This document shows positions 38,270 through 52,339 of a stretch of DNA of 64,000 bases, piece after piece (position 1 is the stretch's first letter; every line of letters starts with the position of its first letter). The DNA lies in contig OX597817.1 in NCBI GenBank assembly GCA_951406725.2, forward strand, positions 126,666,001 to 126,730,000. Reading direction: 5' to 3'. The notes under the pieces were generated by a model. The model ran no database searches and had not been told where the DNA came from. It was given only the letters and a program-made list of their open reading frames with translations. Origin of the DNA: Octopus vulgaris (taxonomy: Eukaryota). The position numbers were made by a program, and so were the translations under genes.

Positions 38270-38612
38270 AACATATATATAAACAAATTAGAGTGATTAA
38301 TATACAAAATCTATTAAGTACATGAAAAAGAAAATAAATATATATGTATGCATATAAACAAGTCCAACTTATTTAAACGAATTATCAATTCGGGAAACAT
38401 ATATTTAAGCTTTCCGCTAATACAAATACACCGGGCTATGAAAATGTTTTCTGTTTGGTATACATCTCGAGGTAATCTTAAGACGAGATCCGAATTAGAG
38501 GATCATCACCACTCGAATTTGCAAATCTATGGTTGCATTTCTAAATTAACTATGAGCACTTCTAAAATGCGTATCAGAAGCATTATTTAGTTGTCGATGA
38601 ACTAATACATAC

Positions 38613-38724
38613 ATATGTAAAGCCCACCAGGAACCTGGTGTAGGATGTTAGTAAGCTTTGAACAGGAGGTAGAAGGTATAAAAAACAATTAACGGGAACA
38701 ATATTTGTTAACTGGCCTAGAAAA
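38613..38724 (-). pseudogene. ADAM Cys-rich domain exon remnant
   Basis: PVNKYCSR*LFFIPSTSCSKLTNILHQVPGG-FT (cf. C..LWC..P...C.....DGT.C); donor tat|gtatgt. Confidence 0.5.
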
Positions 38725-39013
38725 CTGTAAATTTTCCCCATATCGGAGTAAGAGAAGGGGAAAAAACTTATTTTGTAGTTCACGTTAGTAACTTGGTTGC
38801 TATATTAGCGAATAAAAATTCAAATATAGGAAATAGAGCAGGTAAAATCCCGGACACATATGTTTTCTAGCTAGAGCAACATTGGACGTTGTAGTTATTC
38901 AACGTGGAGTGTTCCACTAGCTACTCACCAGGCAGAATATACCTTAGTTAAATGAATATTACATTGTCGTCAATGGATCCGAAGTAAATTAGTCGGATAT
39001 TTGATCGAAAAGA

Positions 39014-39044
<31 letters not shown>

Positions 39045-40007
39045 GCACGCACACATACACACACATACACACACACAGAGACAGATGAACTAGTAGGTTG
39101 ATTTTGATAGTTATGCGTTATAAATAACTAAATGATTTTCATTGCTCAGAATTTTTTATAATATTCTAATTCTGTTTCTGAGTATAAGCAGTTAAAACAA
39201 TTATGCAGTTCAGTTAAAGAGGAATAGAAACATCAGAACATTTCATCGGTAAACAGGAATACTTGAATGTGCAGCAGTCTATAAGGACCGGTGCCGGGGT
39301 TTATTTAAATTTGTGACAGATTGGATCAGAGCCGTGATGAATGAACTCAAAGTGGGGTGATTTACAGAGAGATGACGAGGTTTACCTCAAGAATCTTGAA
39401 TGAACTCACATACATTTGGTCTTTAACTGAATAACTATTTTAAAAGCCGTAAATAACACACAGAAATATACAGGGTGTAACACACACAACAGGCATATAT
39501 GCACTTATCAGTGATATGAGAAATCGAGTTAGATGTATAGAAAATAATAAAAAAAGTACATAAATAAATACATAAATACATGCACAAATGAATATATAAG
39601 CATATCTATCACATACCTGTGATAAATGTAAGACGGAAATAGATAATATAAATAAATAAAATTATGTGGAGGGCTTGGATACATACGGAGCGTACCCATA
39701 CAAACAGACAAGCACACACACAGGAATCTTCGGCAATAACAACAAGAACTACAATGACTGAAACAGTGTTGGCGAGCACACAGAGGAATACAGTAAGCGT
39801 ACCATATTTTTTCAGGTCTTAGAACTGCAGCAGCACAATGGGGTGAGAGGATGGGGCTGAGGGAAAGGCCAACTGCCGCTAAAATCTATGACTTAAACAC
39901 AAGCATACGCACACATACACGCATACGGGAGCAAACACACACACACACACAAAAAGGGCACAACGCATGCGCACATAAGGATACACATCTAAGAAGATCA
40001 GAATGGA

Positions 40008-40140
40008 ATATGGCGGTGAGCTGGCAGAATCGTTAGCACGCTGGGCAAAATATTGATATTTCGCCTGTCGGTACGTTCTGAGTTCAAAATCCGCTGAGGT
40101 CGACCTTGCCTTTCATAAAAAAAAAAAAGAATGGAATAAG
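40008..40140 (+). mobile_element. SINE family B head fragment
   Basis: ggcggtgagctggcagaatcgttagcacgc...gagttcaaaatccgctgaggtcgac; related to 46283-46490 and 56330-56510. Confidence 0.8.
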
Positions 40141-40499
40141 GGGTGCAAGAACACATGCGAAAACGAAAAGTGTCACTGAATAGTTCACAAATGTGTGACG
40201 AAAGATTTCCGGACAATGGATATGGAGTAAAATAATAAAATACGAAAAGTAATAAGCAAGTGAAGAAAATATATATAAATAGTGCGTGTGTTAATTTAAC
40301 AAAACAAAATAAAATTACCGTCGAAATACAACAATATTTTTACGTAGTATATCCATTGCAATATTTGTGTTCGAAGCTGCAATTAATAAATCTTTTTCAT
40401 ACAATACATCTATCATTCGTTACCTTTTATTTCTTTCTGAACTGTTACCCACATTTCAACCTAAGGACACAATACATGCACAGAGTTTCAGAGATATTT

Positions 40500-40930
40500 C
40501 CCTGCTAAAATTAATTATGATAAATACATAATAAAGTGCTTCGCGATCGGAACTATATGTGTGAGGAGAGAGGGAAAATAACTCAATTTTGAGAGTCTCA
40601 GTGGAGGTTGCGTTGGAGGGACCAGTAGATAGTAGGGAAACCAGATTTTAGTGTATTATCCTGAGAAACCCCTTGTTTTATGTGACGTTTACACTTCGCT
40701 TAGTGGGAAAGACTAGTTTTTTGGCGTTGATAAAGCTAAACCATCAGTATGGGTTAGGTTCATTATGTGTATCAGCCTTGATTGTCATTACTGCGGTAAT
40801 TTTTATGTTTAAGGCGTTAGTTAGGAAAATGCTTACTTGATATATGGAATGTTTTTGCCTTTTGGCTGCTGAAAGACACAATTGGTGTGATTCCATGAAA
40901 GATTCTCTTTCAACATTTCTAACTTTTCGA
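40500..40930 (-). mobile_element. Possible Penelope linker/GIY-YIG remnant
   Basis: RIFHGITPIVSF resembles the PLE linker motif IF...PIV.FRR; otherwise heavily decayed. Confidence 0.35.
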
Positions 40931-43262
40931 TGTCAAGAAATGTACAATATTTTATATTTAGTTAGTCATACTGGCATGCCTGTTTAGGCAAGTGTGGCGA
41001 AATATATTCTTCAAAAATATCTTCCCCAGCATTGTTTACATAATAGGTATTAGCCTTTGAACTATACTGTTTCTCACAACATAATTACGAGTAATTCCAG
41101 TAATTTTATAATGAACATTGCATGACAAGTTGTGGTAGTGACACAGAGTAGGAGCAATGGTTTTAAGCGTTGTGAAATATTACCCTATAACTACATAACA
41201 ACCTGGCAGAATATATTAATGTATTATAATATAAAATGCCATCATTGATGCAGTAGATCAATGTAAGAATACATCTCAGATCTCAACCGGACATTTTGAG
41301 AGGTACCGAATGTATACACAGCCACGATATTTTGAAACGTACTGTATACCACAACTTTTGTATAATTTGTCTCAGATGCAATGTGTCATATTACATACAT
41401 AGTTTTAGAAAATAGCGTAGTTTCACCAAGTTTTCTTCCTTGCTCCGATATGTTTTTCTCAAGAGATAGCTCTAACGATAGGAAATGTTATATCGTCTAT
41501 GTCATTACTATCTGCCGATAATACTTACTGTTCTAATCAAACGCTTTAAACATGAGTCATGTGGTAATGTTGTCTCGGAGTGTTAGGAGGATCTTTATCA
41601 GGGTGTCACAGGAAGTTTTTTAAAAATTCATATATTTAGAAAAGTACAAAACCACATATTAATACTGATGTAACATTTATGTATGGAACTTTCTTAATGG
41701 TTTATTATTTGCAAAATTGCTGTTAGACAGCTGAAATCTCCATGCGTCATATTACAAGCTATCCAATTATTAACATCTTATATATTATTAAATGCCTGGT
41801 CGAAGTATAAATAGTGAAGACTGAAATATCCGAGAGTAATGCTAATCGATCAAAATTACATTTTTGTTGGGCATTTAACTATATGTTTTTGTTACTTCTT
41901 TGATTTGTGCTGGGAATTTATTTCCGCACATAATGAGTTCATACTTGAAAACTTGTAATTTCATAATTTTCTTTTGATATTTTGCAATATAGGAAGAATG
42001 TCAACCGTATTTCGTAGTCTACTACCACAACAGCTCCTTTATAGGATCCAGTCAGCTCAAGACATCATCAGGAAGAACCACGTCCAGTTTCGGCCCTACT
42101 CCTCAACGGCGCTTCCCCCTTTCGGACGTGTCTTCAGCTCTGGTATTGGGTGCATGTCTTCTCTCTGCTTCTTTCTTCTGTTCCCTGGCCTCTTCGATGT
42201 AGCATTAAGTAACTATAATTTTTTAACTCAAAATATTATTCTAAATTCACCAAGACAAAACATGTTCATTCCGCATATCTACTTCACGTGCGCTCACACA
42301 ATTCGGTAAAGAGAGAAATTTAAAGATAAGTAAAGAAATAAATTACGGTACTTTTATCAATTGTTTACTTGCCTAACATCCAACGTAATTATGCAGTATT
42401 AGCAACATTTTTCATAGCCCCCACAGCATATTCAACTAAACTGACACATCACGTCATCTGCCATTTGATCCCTATCGCTGTTAATTAATTCCTGAAAGCT
42501 TGCATTTTTCCACAAAGATGTGCAATTTCTAATATATATATGTAAATGACATACCTGATATTTCAAAGCAGATCTACTAACGCCATTAAAATTCTGCCAA
42601 TCTGTTTCAGTAAAGTGGTTGTTTAAGTTTGTATAACAAATTATAAATTAGAAATATAATTTGAACGCATCTTCCAGGCACGAATACTGCGACAATGTTT
42701 ATGTGACGCTTTTGTGAATATTTTATTTCGACTTACACTTATTAAGAGCTATATGCCAAGAATTAGAAACAACTAGAACTGTCATTCATCAATATTTGCT
42801 TTAATTACAACGCAATAAATAGCGGATGTGTTATAATATTAACTGCATTAAGTTGGGAAAGTTATTTATTGCATTCTTTTTAAAACACCCATAACAGTGT
42901 ACAATCGTCGATTCAAAAGTTTCAAATTGATTATCATAATTAAGTAGCCTGAATCTATAAAATTCTAAACAGAGACTGGAGCAATTTGAAAGCAGATTAA
43001 ATGAACTCCATACATTAAATAAACACTGATTGGTAATATAAATGGCAGAAAAGAATTTAAGCGAAGATATGTATGGTAAACGCATATTATATGCAATTGA
43101 TAATATCTATCCACAGTTTAGTTACACACGCTATCGAATGCGTTTTGAATATGCAGTTCCTTTTGCACAGTATTATGCATAAGCGAACCGTTCTTCAGTT
43201 TAGGTGCAAATCACTTCAAGATTTCCCATCGGCGACAAATATACGAGTTTTGGTTTACATAC

Positions 43263-43420
43263 CCACATATTTCCGAAGAAACACTACTATTCGTTTCTTG
43301 TTGTATACCACTTAATAAAAGAGCAGAATTTATGGCTTCATTAGTTATTTCTATGCAGTTGGGTAATGAATCCGACTGAATATTACGCGCTATACGCAAT
43401 TGGTCTTCGGTAGTTACAAC
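43263..43420 (-). pseudogene. 158 bp exon, protease-to-Cys-rich linker
   Basis: Acceptor ttcttttctgctcag, donor gg|gtatgt, open frame VVTTEDQLRIARNIQSDSLPNCIEITNEAINSALLLSGIQQETNSSVSSEICG. Confidence 0.6.
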
Positions 43421-45071
43421 CTGAGCAGAAAAGAACTGGAACTGTTCTCTAAAACTATATAACTTTTAATTGAAAATCTGCTTTATGCGACACCATATAA
43501 GATTGAGTGTCTGTTTTTGATTTGTCATTTCTAATTTATACATTATCAAATCACTTCTCCAGCATTTGGAAATATTTCAAATTGTAAGTGTTGTTTGTGA
43601 GTTATTGCGTTCGTTATTGTTGTTCTTCCTTGGATAAAGCAATATATTTGATGTGGTTGCCGTGGATGCACCTCATCTTCTTGTTGATCGTATCTTTCAA
43701 TCCTTACAAGTCTCCTGATATGTAGTTAGAAATATTGTATCTTTCAAACTTTTCAATCTCCTGATATGTTGTTAAAAATACGTGGTTAAAATTCCATTAC
43801 GTCAAACATGGTATATTTGCAATTATATGTACTTTCTCTGTAGCTGACAAATTAGTTATACTAAAAGTACATTTCCACGGGAATTAATTTGTTGTTTCAA
43901 AAATAGGCAATTTGCATTGAGAATTGAGCCCAGTCGTAAAATTATCCAGATTAATATTAACGCTTATAAGGACAATTGGTTTTGTGCTGATATTTCCTAT
44001 CATATTGCTGTAGATCTATGATGAGCTGTATTTAAAGAATACCACCAACAACAAATATTGAGGCAGTTATGTTAAAGTATGATTTCCAGGGAGAAATTAA
44101 TATTCATCCTGCTTACTGAAGACGTTATTCTTTGGAAAGTGCTTTGCAAGAAGCGAAACGTGACCATAATAGTTACAAAGTATTTAAAATTGGCAAAAGT
44201 ATAACGTAAAGGAAATTAATGGGTAAAACATTTTGGCGCGATCAGTTACACAATCACTTTGAGGAACGAAGTCTTTAGAGTACTAACAATGTACGAAATG
44301 GTTGCTCACGAATACTTGTATGTTAGATAACGGTTGCCAATGAGTTGAAAGATGACTTTGTAGTGAAGAGTAAGATATAATTTATAAGCAGTTGCAAGAA
44401 ACTATAACACATATAAAGTGGTTTAAAATAAGAGAATTTATTGATGTTATCAATTTTGTAAAGGGAAATATTTGTCCAGATTTTAAAGAGAATCCCATGT
44501 CCGAGGAAAAAGTTCGATGCCTGTTATATATGTGGAATTTCTACAAATAATACTATGTGTTTTGTTGACCTAGAAGGTGATGAGGTGCATTTTCGTGGGG
44601 GTTTTTTTTGGTTCAATTGGGTATTGGATATCATATTTAAATATAGAACATTTAGGAGGATGAATATTGTGCAAAACTAAATAAAACAAAAATATAATAT
44701 AAGCAAGTTCAAGCAAGTTCACACAATGTGTAATTTTTCAAAATTATAGACATTTTAAATTCGAAATACAAAATGAAGTTAATGAGAACAAGAGACACTG
44801 ACAATTAGTAACATTATTAACAAGTACAAAGTGATGAAATACCAGACACAGTAATCGAATATTGATCAACGTAAATGCGTATAACATAGGAAATAGTATT
44901 TATCTTACAAAGGTTGCACAATAATAAGACCTAACCGCAAGGAAGTAAAGCTGAAATTGGTTATATGTAGTCATATATTTTCTTTCTCTGAATCATTTGA
45001 TTACAACAAAGTGAAAGAAAAGTATCAATATGAGAACAAGTGATGAATATGACAAAATTATGAATTAATTA

Positions 45072-45484
45072 TAGGCGCAGAAGTGACAGTGTGGTAAGTA
45101 GCTTCCTAACCAACCACGTGGTTCCAGGCTCACTCCCACTGCGTGGGATCTTGGGCAAGTGTCTTCTGCTATAGCCCCGGGCCGACCAATTCCTTGTGCG
45201 TGGATTTGGTAGACGGAAACTGAAAGAAGCCTGTCGTATATGTGTATATATATATGTATATGTATGTGTTTGTTTGTGTGTCTGTGTTTGTCCCCCTAGC
45301 ATTGCTTGACAACCGATGCTGGTGTGTTTACGTCCCCGTCACTTAGCGGTTCGGCAAAAGAGACCGATAGAATAAGTACTGGGCTTACAAAAATAGGTCT
45401 CGGGGTCGATTTGCTCGACTAAAGGCGGTGCTCCAGCATGGCCGCAGTCAAATGACTGAAACAAGTGAAAGAGTAAAAGAGTAA
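45072..45484 (+). mobile_element. SINE family A, full length (tRNA-derived head, LINE-like tail)
   Basis: A/B-box head, internal microsatellite, tail ggcggtgctccagcatggccgcagtc...aaagagt repeats. Confidence 0.92.
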
Positions 45485-45799
45485 TCAATCTGAGTTTTTA
45501 GAACTAAAGAATAGACTAAAAAAGAGAAGTTTTCCTCATGCCGTCATATTATAAAAAGTGTCAAAATGCCTTCGTATAGAAAGCATTTACCAAAAGTTAG
45601 AGAAGTATATATTATGGGGAAAAAACAGAAAAGGCTGTAGAAAGCAAAATGAGGACTATAAACAACAATTGCATAACAACTATGAATTGTGATCGACAAA
45701 GTTTTCGAGAAACTTGAAATATCCTAGAAGGAAATAACATTTGAAACGGCAAAAAGCTTTCTACAAATGTATCAATTACTTTATTAAGGGGTGACGTAC

Positions 45800-46013
45800 C
45801 TAAACTGCCAAACAGTGGATAAATGTGCCACCTAAAACTATATGTAGATATGAATTGCTCGACATGAATAACCCCAGAATCTCCCATTCTTTCCAGCTGC
45901 AAGCTGGAACGCCATCGCGTACATTCCCGTATTTAATATACCCTATATTAATATACTTGTCTGCACATCTTATATTCAATACCTGATGGTTCATGATATT
46001 GTGCACCGGAACG
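45800..46013 (-). pseudogene. M12B catalytic C-terminal exon remnant
   Basis: Acceptor cttctttacgcag; GAQYHE, CADKYI, FWGYSC..IHIYI in shifting frames (cf. LGA.HD..C..YIM..W.FS.CS..YI); donor tag|gtacgt. Confidence 0.55.
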
Positions 46014-46282
46014 CTGCGTAAAGAAGCATATTTAATTTCGCATATATACCTGCTACTACATATAAGTACATGCACTTACTTATATTAAAAATTTGTGCCA
46101 GTATCAATAGGCATAAACAAACACGCAAGATACAGATAAACACCGAAACACGGAAGTCAATTTCAAATTATTCTTTAAAATTAACAAAGAAATGTGACGC
46201 AGTAATCCTACAGTTATAACTCAAACTGCATTCATGTATGACTTCATACACAACTAAGTGTTATTACTGGTGCATCTATAAC

Positions 46283-46490
46283 ACTGTGAGCTGGCAGAAT
46301 CGTTATCTCGCTGGAAAAAATGCTTATTAGCATTCCTTCCGACGTTATGTGCTCAGTTCAAATTCCTCCCAGATCGACATTACATTTCGCGGTCGGTTAA
46401 ATAGGCATCAGTTGAGTACTGGGGTCGATGTAATCGACTTACCCAATTTCCCCGAAATATCTGGCCTAGAAACGAAGATTGAAACCAACG
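46283..46490 (+). mobile_element. SINE family B
   Basis: gtgagctggcagaatcgtta...gttcaaattc...agttgagtactggggtcgatgtaatcgact. Confidence 0.8.
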
Positions 46491-46734
46491 TTAGCGTGTT
46501 TATGTATCTATGCAGAAGTGTGCCCCTCTGTTACGCATACAGGCAGACGTGGCTATTATGTTAGGAGATTGCATCCCAACCAAATCGTGCAGCGTCCACA
46601 CCCACAGAGTGCGACATGCAACAACCTCTAGCCGAGCGAATTCTTGTGAGTTGATTTGCTAGCTGGAAACTCAACAATCCCAATAACAAATGGGTCTGAC
46701 GAAAGGAGCATTAATTGTTTAGGTCGTTCAACGT

Positions 46735-46925
46735 ATAGATGTCTTCGATCTAGTTTGGATTCTTTGCCATCAAATTTGAATTCTTTGCAATCAAATTTCA
46801 ATTCTTTGCAATCAAATTCGAATTTTTCAATTGGTGCTCAAGTCTTGGAAAAAAACGTTAAACTACATCAGCAGTAAGGGAATACAAGTCTTCCTTATCT
46901 AACTCATCCAGTAGAGCCCACCAAA
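46735..46925 (+). repeat. Dispersed ~190 bp repeat with three to four 21 bp tandem units (copy 1)
   Basis: Units aattctttgc(a/c)atcaaatttg; direct copy at 50717-50903. Confidence 0.85.
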
Positions 46926-46988
46926 AGTTCGATGAAATAACTCATGAACACAGTAATAGCTTCTTCCAAAAGATACTCCGTTACGTCG

Positions 46989-47071
46989 ACTGTTCTGAAC
47001 AAGGGGAGATAATAGAAAAAGAGCACCAAGTGAAAAAAATCGTTTATTATCTCCCTTTGTTCACACCGGTC
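46989..47071. mobile_element. Small hairpin MITE
   Basis: tgaacaaggggagataata / tattatctccctttgttca inverted arms. Confidence 0.65.
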
Positions 47072-47076
47072 AAACA

Positions 47077-47186
47077 TTTAGCGAGAGTGCATGTAGCTCC
47101 TGAAAACCCTACGCTCCAGCCTTTATTCATTTATAATGCAGGGTGAATCTTCCTTCTTTCGAGAGAGAACTCTAAGGAATTCACTC
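47077..47186 (-). pseudogene. M12B zinc-binding exon remnant with destroyed HExxH
   Basis: CIINE-KGWSVGFSGA-HALSLN aligns by eye to [28 protein letters not shown] with two frameshifts; acceptor acattccag. Confidence 0.6.
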
Positions 47187-47369
47187 CTGGAATGTTTCTT
47201 TCTTCAGGTGCGCATTATATTCAGTTGTCACTCAGACTCAGTTTCAGCAATTTAATGAAACAGCATACATAGTTTTAAAAAGAATTGAAGTAATATACAG
47301 TATACATTTTAACATTCATTGTATATATCTCCCTCGTGCTTTGTTTATATATATAAGCGTGTTTCAGTG

Positions 47370-47780
47370 AGAGAGCTTCATTCCCAATCACATGGTTTCG
47401 GGTTCAGTCCCGAATACACATAGTTGAATACACCTTGGGCAAGTGTATTCTACTATAGCCTCGGGCCGACCAAAGTCTTGTGAGTGGACTTGGTAGACGG
47501 AAACTGAAAGAGGCCCGTCGTATATATATATATGTGTGTGTGTGTGTGTTTGTGTGTGTGTGATGTGCGTGATGTGTGTGTTGATGTGTGTGTTGGTGTG
47601 TTGGTGTGTGATGTGTGTGTGTTGGTGTGTATACGTCCCCGTAAATTAGCTGTTCAGCAAAAGATACCGATAGAATAATTACTAGGCTTACAAACAATGA
47701 GTCCTGGGGTCGATTTGCTCGACTAAAAAAAAGGCGATGCTCTCTCATGGCCGCACTCAACTGACTGGAACAAATAGAAT
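47370..47780 (+). mobile_element. SINE family A
   Basis: Same head, body and tail as 45072-45484 with expanded TG microsatellite. Confidence 0.88.
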
Positions 47781-47803
47781 ATATATATCTATATCTATAT
47801 CCA

Positions 47804-47857
<54 letters not shown>

Positions 47858-47891
47858 CCTATCTATCTATTTATCTATCTCTCTCTCTCTC

Positions 47892-47958
<67 letters not shown>

Positions 47959-49259
47959 TGAAATCATCTTACGCAAGGCACCGTTCAAAGAAACATTCTT
48001 ATAATTTAAAAGATTTGAGTGTAATCGTACATGTGATAACGTTCCGAATTTTCTTCTGGGAGTAGTTCCGCCAGCAGAAAATCTTGCCATGTTCGAATTC
48101 ACACGAAATGTTCAATACGATTGTACATGAGTACCTCTGTCTGTCTGTCTCTGTCTGTCTCTCTTTCTCTCATTCTCTCACTCATTCACACTCTCCATCT
48201 CTTTGTATACACATATGTGAATTTGTGCGTGCGCGTGTGTGTGTATGCGTGTGTATGTTTCGTGTGTGTGCAAATTTCATAAAGTTTCGGGACGTCTAAG
48301 TTTTGCCAGGAATGATTCTATAAATCAACTTGCAAATTAGTGCCAAAAGCTAAATCATGTGTCCGTAAGGAAAGCCAAATATACACACGGATAAGGAAAA
48401 TAATTCCTGCCAACATGCGCATACGTATCCGTAATTATGAGTTTGTACATGTATGTGTGGTGTACATAAAGCGTACATACACGTCTGCCAGTGTGAGTCT
48501 GTGCGTATTTACATAAACACATACGCATGTAGATAGTACATATGTAATCGGAAAACATCATAGTTCTTTCATTATATCTATCAACAATAGTAATTACAGC
48601 AAGGATAATTAAAGGCAACATATATCTAACACATCATAAATGGAGCTCACCAAAAGGTCAGCAATATATTGGAGGAGATAAGAAATAATTATGTCCGATA
48701 GAGGCATTTAATAGAGTTTGTATCATTGTAAATTTTATGATCTATAACCTTTAAGATCCTATCAGAATTTTGTGTCCTAAAGCGGTATCTTGATCAGTAG
48801 TGGTAATTAAAACTGTTCAATTGTTGGCAAACTCGTTTTTGACGTTTCTTCCTATCTCCCGTACATGAGGTATATTCTAAATGACTTTCAAATAGACCCG
48901 CGTTAGTAACTTCTTCATGCGTAATTATCTGCTTGAGTGTGCCTATGTTGTTATGCGTGTTCCCCCACTGTTTTACAATGCTCGAAATTTGTATGAATGT
49001 CCATCCAATTTATTTGAAACTACAGAAAAGAAACAGAACATTTAGTATCTCGTAGGATTGAACCATGATCTCCAAATAAATTGTTGCACTTGTTAAACAC
49101 ATGCGGACAGACGCAAAAACCTATATTCCTGTATACGCAAATACAGAGAAATGGAGACACACAGACACACGCACATAGACTCACTCATGCACACACACAC
49201 ACACACACACACGTATACAAATATTAGCATTCATGTAAATGTGAGTGTGCATATGTATG

Positions 49260-49304
<45 letters not shown>

Positions 49305-50330
49305 CAGTGTGTGAGCGTACGCATATATATATATATATATATATTGAGTAGCCTGTTGTTGACTTGTAATTTTTGCAATAGAATATCTATTTAATAATTT
49401 ATTTTTTTAATCTCAAGTGATACCATGTCTTCCCAAATAAATGAGGACAGACTTGTACAATTTTTTTGCTAAAAAGTTTTGTTTAGGATGTTCTCCTTAA
49501 ATAATTTACATGACTCTTCTTCAATTTCACATGACTTGATTCATTAATACTAATTAAAACTTCAGAACTTCTTACAACACCCCTTGTCGTAAAGTTTTGC
49601 TTTTATTCTATTCCATGAAAATTTTATAATTTTCTAGAACTTTTGTGGAAGGAATAATTACCAAAATTTGATTCAGCATGAAAATATACCAAATTTTAAA
49701 ATTTTCAAAATTTTAGAATTTCAAAGTTTGTGACAGCAAGAGAAAAGACCCGAGAGAGGTACATAATAATACGATACCACACACACACGCACATACACAC
49801 ACGCACACACTCACATATACGTACAAACACACACATACCAAAGCCCACAGACTCTGGTAATCAGGTGATTAAGTTATACCCAAACTCTTTCTCCTTGCGA
49901 CGCCCTATTCGAGAATGGAAACCGTTTTCCTCTAGCACGCAACGTTTCAGAGCCTTTCACTAATATACACACATATACTTTCATTCATTTTTAATTCGTA
50001 TGTTAGTATGTCTGTATGCATGTATATGTGGGTGCCTGTGTGTAAGTGTATGTTAGTATGTCTGTGTACGTGTGAATGTTTCTTCGTGATGGACAGAAGA
50101 AAGGCTGCATAAGACCAACAGTAGTCAACTTAGCCGACCGCACTCTACTTTAAGTTACATATACCTCAGACATACATTCCTTAAACTTCTTTGAAAAGTC
50201 TGTTAGTATAATTATGTATCAATATATATATATACGTGTACATTGTCCAACGTAATATAATTCCACCTTTCTTCAATCCTCGACCGCATCTTGTACAATT
50301 CCAAATGCAAATTCTACCATACGATATCTG

Positions 50331-50367
<37 letters not shown>

Positions 50368-50388
50368 ATATATATATATATATATATA

Positions 50389-50473
<85 letters not shown>

Positions 50474-50491
50474 ATACAAACACAGATGTAT

Positions 50492-50597
<106 letters not shown>

Positions 50598-50716
50598 AGA
50601 GAAGGTATGAATAAGGATCATTAGACATTTTTCCTGTATTGAAGTATATTTTGCTTGAGACCGTTACTAGTACATATATGTACGTTGCTGCTCAGATTCT
50701 CAATTGATCTATTGAT

Positions 50717-50903
50717 ATATAGATGTTTTCGATCTAGTTTGAATTCTTTGCCATCAAATTTGAATTCTTTGCCATCAAATTTGCATTCTTTGCAATCAAA
50801 TTTGAATTTTTCAATTGGTGCTCAAGCCTTGAAAAACAAAGAGAATTAAACTACATTCAGGGAATACATGTCTTATCTAACTCGTCCAGTAGAGCCCATC
50901 AAG
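50717..50903 (+). repeat. Dispersed 21 bp-unit repeat (copy 2)
   Basis: Near-identical to 46735-46925. Confidence 0.85.
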
Positions 50904-50904
50904 A

Positions 50905-51200
50905 TCTCAGTATCCAGCCAGCCGTCTGCTCTTTCTCACAGTCTTCGTTACGTGCACTTGGAAATGGGTATACTCACTCATGCCGATACCCAGGTCTCAG
51001 ACTGCTTTAGGTTTTGGGATTGTAATCCCCTCCTGTTCCTGTGTACCCTGTAAGCTTTTCGTTCAGTTTTGACCTCTAATTTCGCACGACTTGGAGTTTT
51101 CCAGCATTAAACTTCATATGATGGTCCTCAGCACATCTATAAATTGCGTCCACCTCATGCTGTAGGCGTGTAACGTCACTAGGGTTTTATATTTTCTACA
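50905..51200 (-). mobile_element. CR1/L2-like LINE RT fragment
   Basis: Reverse complement aligns with 17425-17720 (NPSDV..LQ.E.DAIY, KFNAGKLQ, RRLAG). Confidence 0.8.
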
Positions 51201-51204
51201 CAAA

Positions 51205-52197
51205 GAAAACTGTACTGTGGCCATTACTATTTGTGGTGGCCCTCTCCGATATGCCTGCCATGGTACGGTTAGCTAATCTGACCAGTTATGCTGACGACAC
51301 AAAAGTATACAAGGCAGTTTGGAACCCAAAGAACATCATAAAACTGCAGAAAGACCTGAATGAAATATACAAATGGGCTAACAGAAATAGCATGTAGTTC
51401 AATGTTATAACATTTCAGGCACTCCACTATCAGCCCAACACCAGGCTAAATTCAGAATACCTGGAGAAAAAGGTAATTCGATCCTAGAGTCAAAGTCGGT
51501 GAGTGACGGAGCAATGAGACAACATTCCATGTGCATATTACGAAGATGGCAACACTGTGCAGGCAAGTAGCTGGATGGATCTAATGACATTCAGAACCAG
51601 GAAACGGGAGTTCCTGCTACTCCTATGGAGGACTTCCATTCTCAGCCGCTTGGACTACCATGGTTCCCAGAGAGTGTAAAACAAACTGTAGAATTCGAAG
51701 CAACCCAGCGCAAATACACAAAATAGATTGAATTGATGCAAAAGACGGTCTACTGGGAGAGGCTAAAGGAGCAGCTTCTCTATTCCCTGGAGAGAAGACG
51801 TGAGAAATAGGCGGTGATATCTATTTGGAAGATCTTGGGGACTTTAGCTCACAATTTTGGAATTGACAGTCATACCAATCCTCGAACTGGACAATACTGC
51901 CTCATCGAATATAGGGACGAACTACTTCAATAGTTTGTGTTTCAAATGCTTGCCTGCAATTATTCAACATCCTGCCATACACCTTTACAGTTTGACATGG
52001 TGTTGACGAGGACGTTTTCAAGGAACGTCTAGACAGGTTTCTATCTGAGACACTAGATGAACTCACATTGCGGCAAGAGACGCAAAGAAGAGCAGATTCG
52101 TCCAAATTACTACTTCACCAAAAAGCAAGACTGGAAAGAACACCGATAATCTACAGGTGGTGCACCAGCATGACCTCAGCCCTGGAATGACACCAGT
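51205..52197 (+). mobile_element. Decayed CR1/L2-like LINE 3' fragment
   Basis: TVLWPLLFVVALSDMP, SYADDTKV, YWERLK..YSLERRR; tail ggtggtgcaccagcatgacc. Confidence 0.88.
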
Positions 52198-52246
<49 letters not shown>

Positions 52247-52270
52247 CAAACATATAATATATACATACAG

Positions 52271-52339
<69 letters not shown>

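Noticed and set aside
38613-38724. Stop-free alternative frame (FLGQLTNIVPVNCFLYLL...) implying an intact gene
   Set aside because: Unrecognisable protein; the stop-containing frame fits the ADAM Cys-rich pattern and flanking exons are disrupted. Not fully excluded without RNA data.
40170-40215. Possible hammerhead (ctgaata...gacGAAAgatttc)
   Set aside because: Core deviates at G8 and the stems are weak.
46760-46830. 21 bp repeats as a CRISPR array or heptad coiled-coil exon
   Set aside because: Contiguous tandem units with no spacers, eukaryotic context, no cas genes, no splice support.
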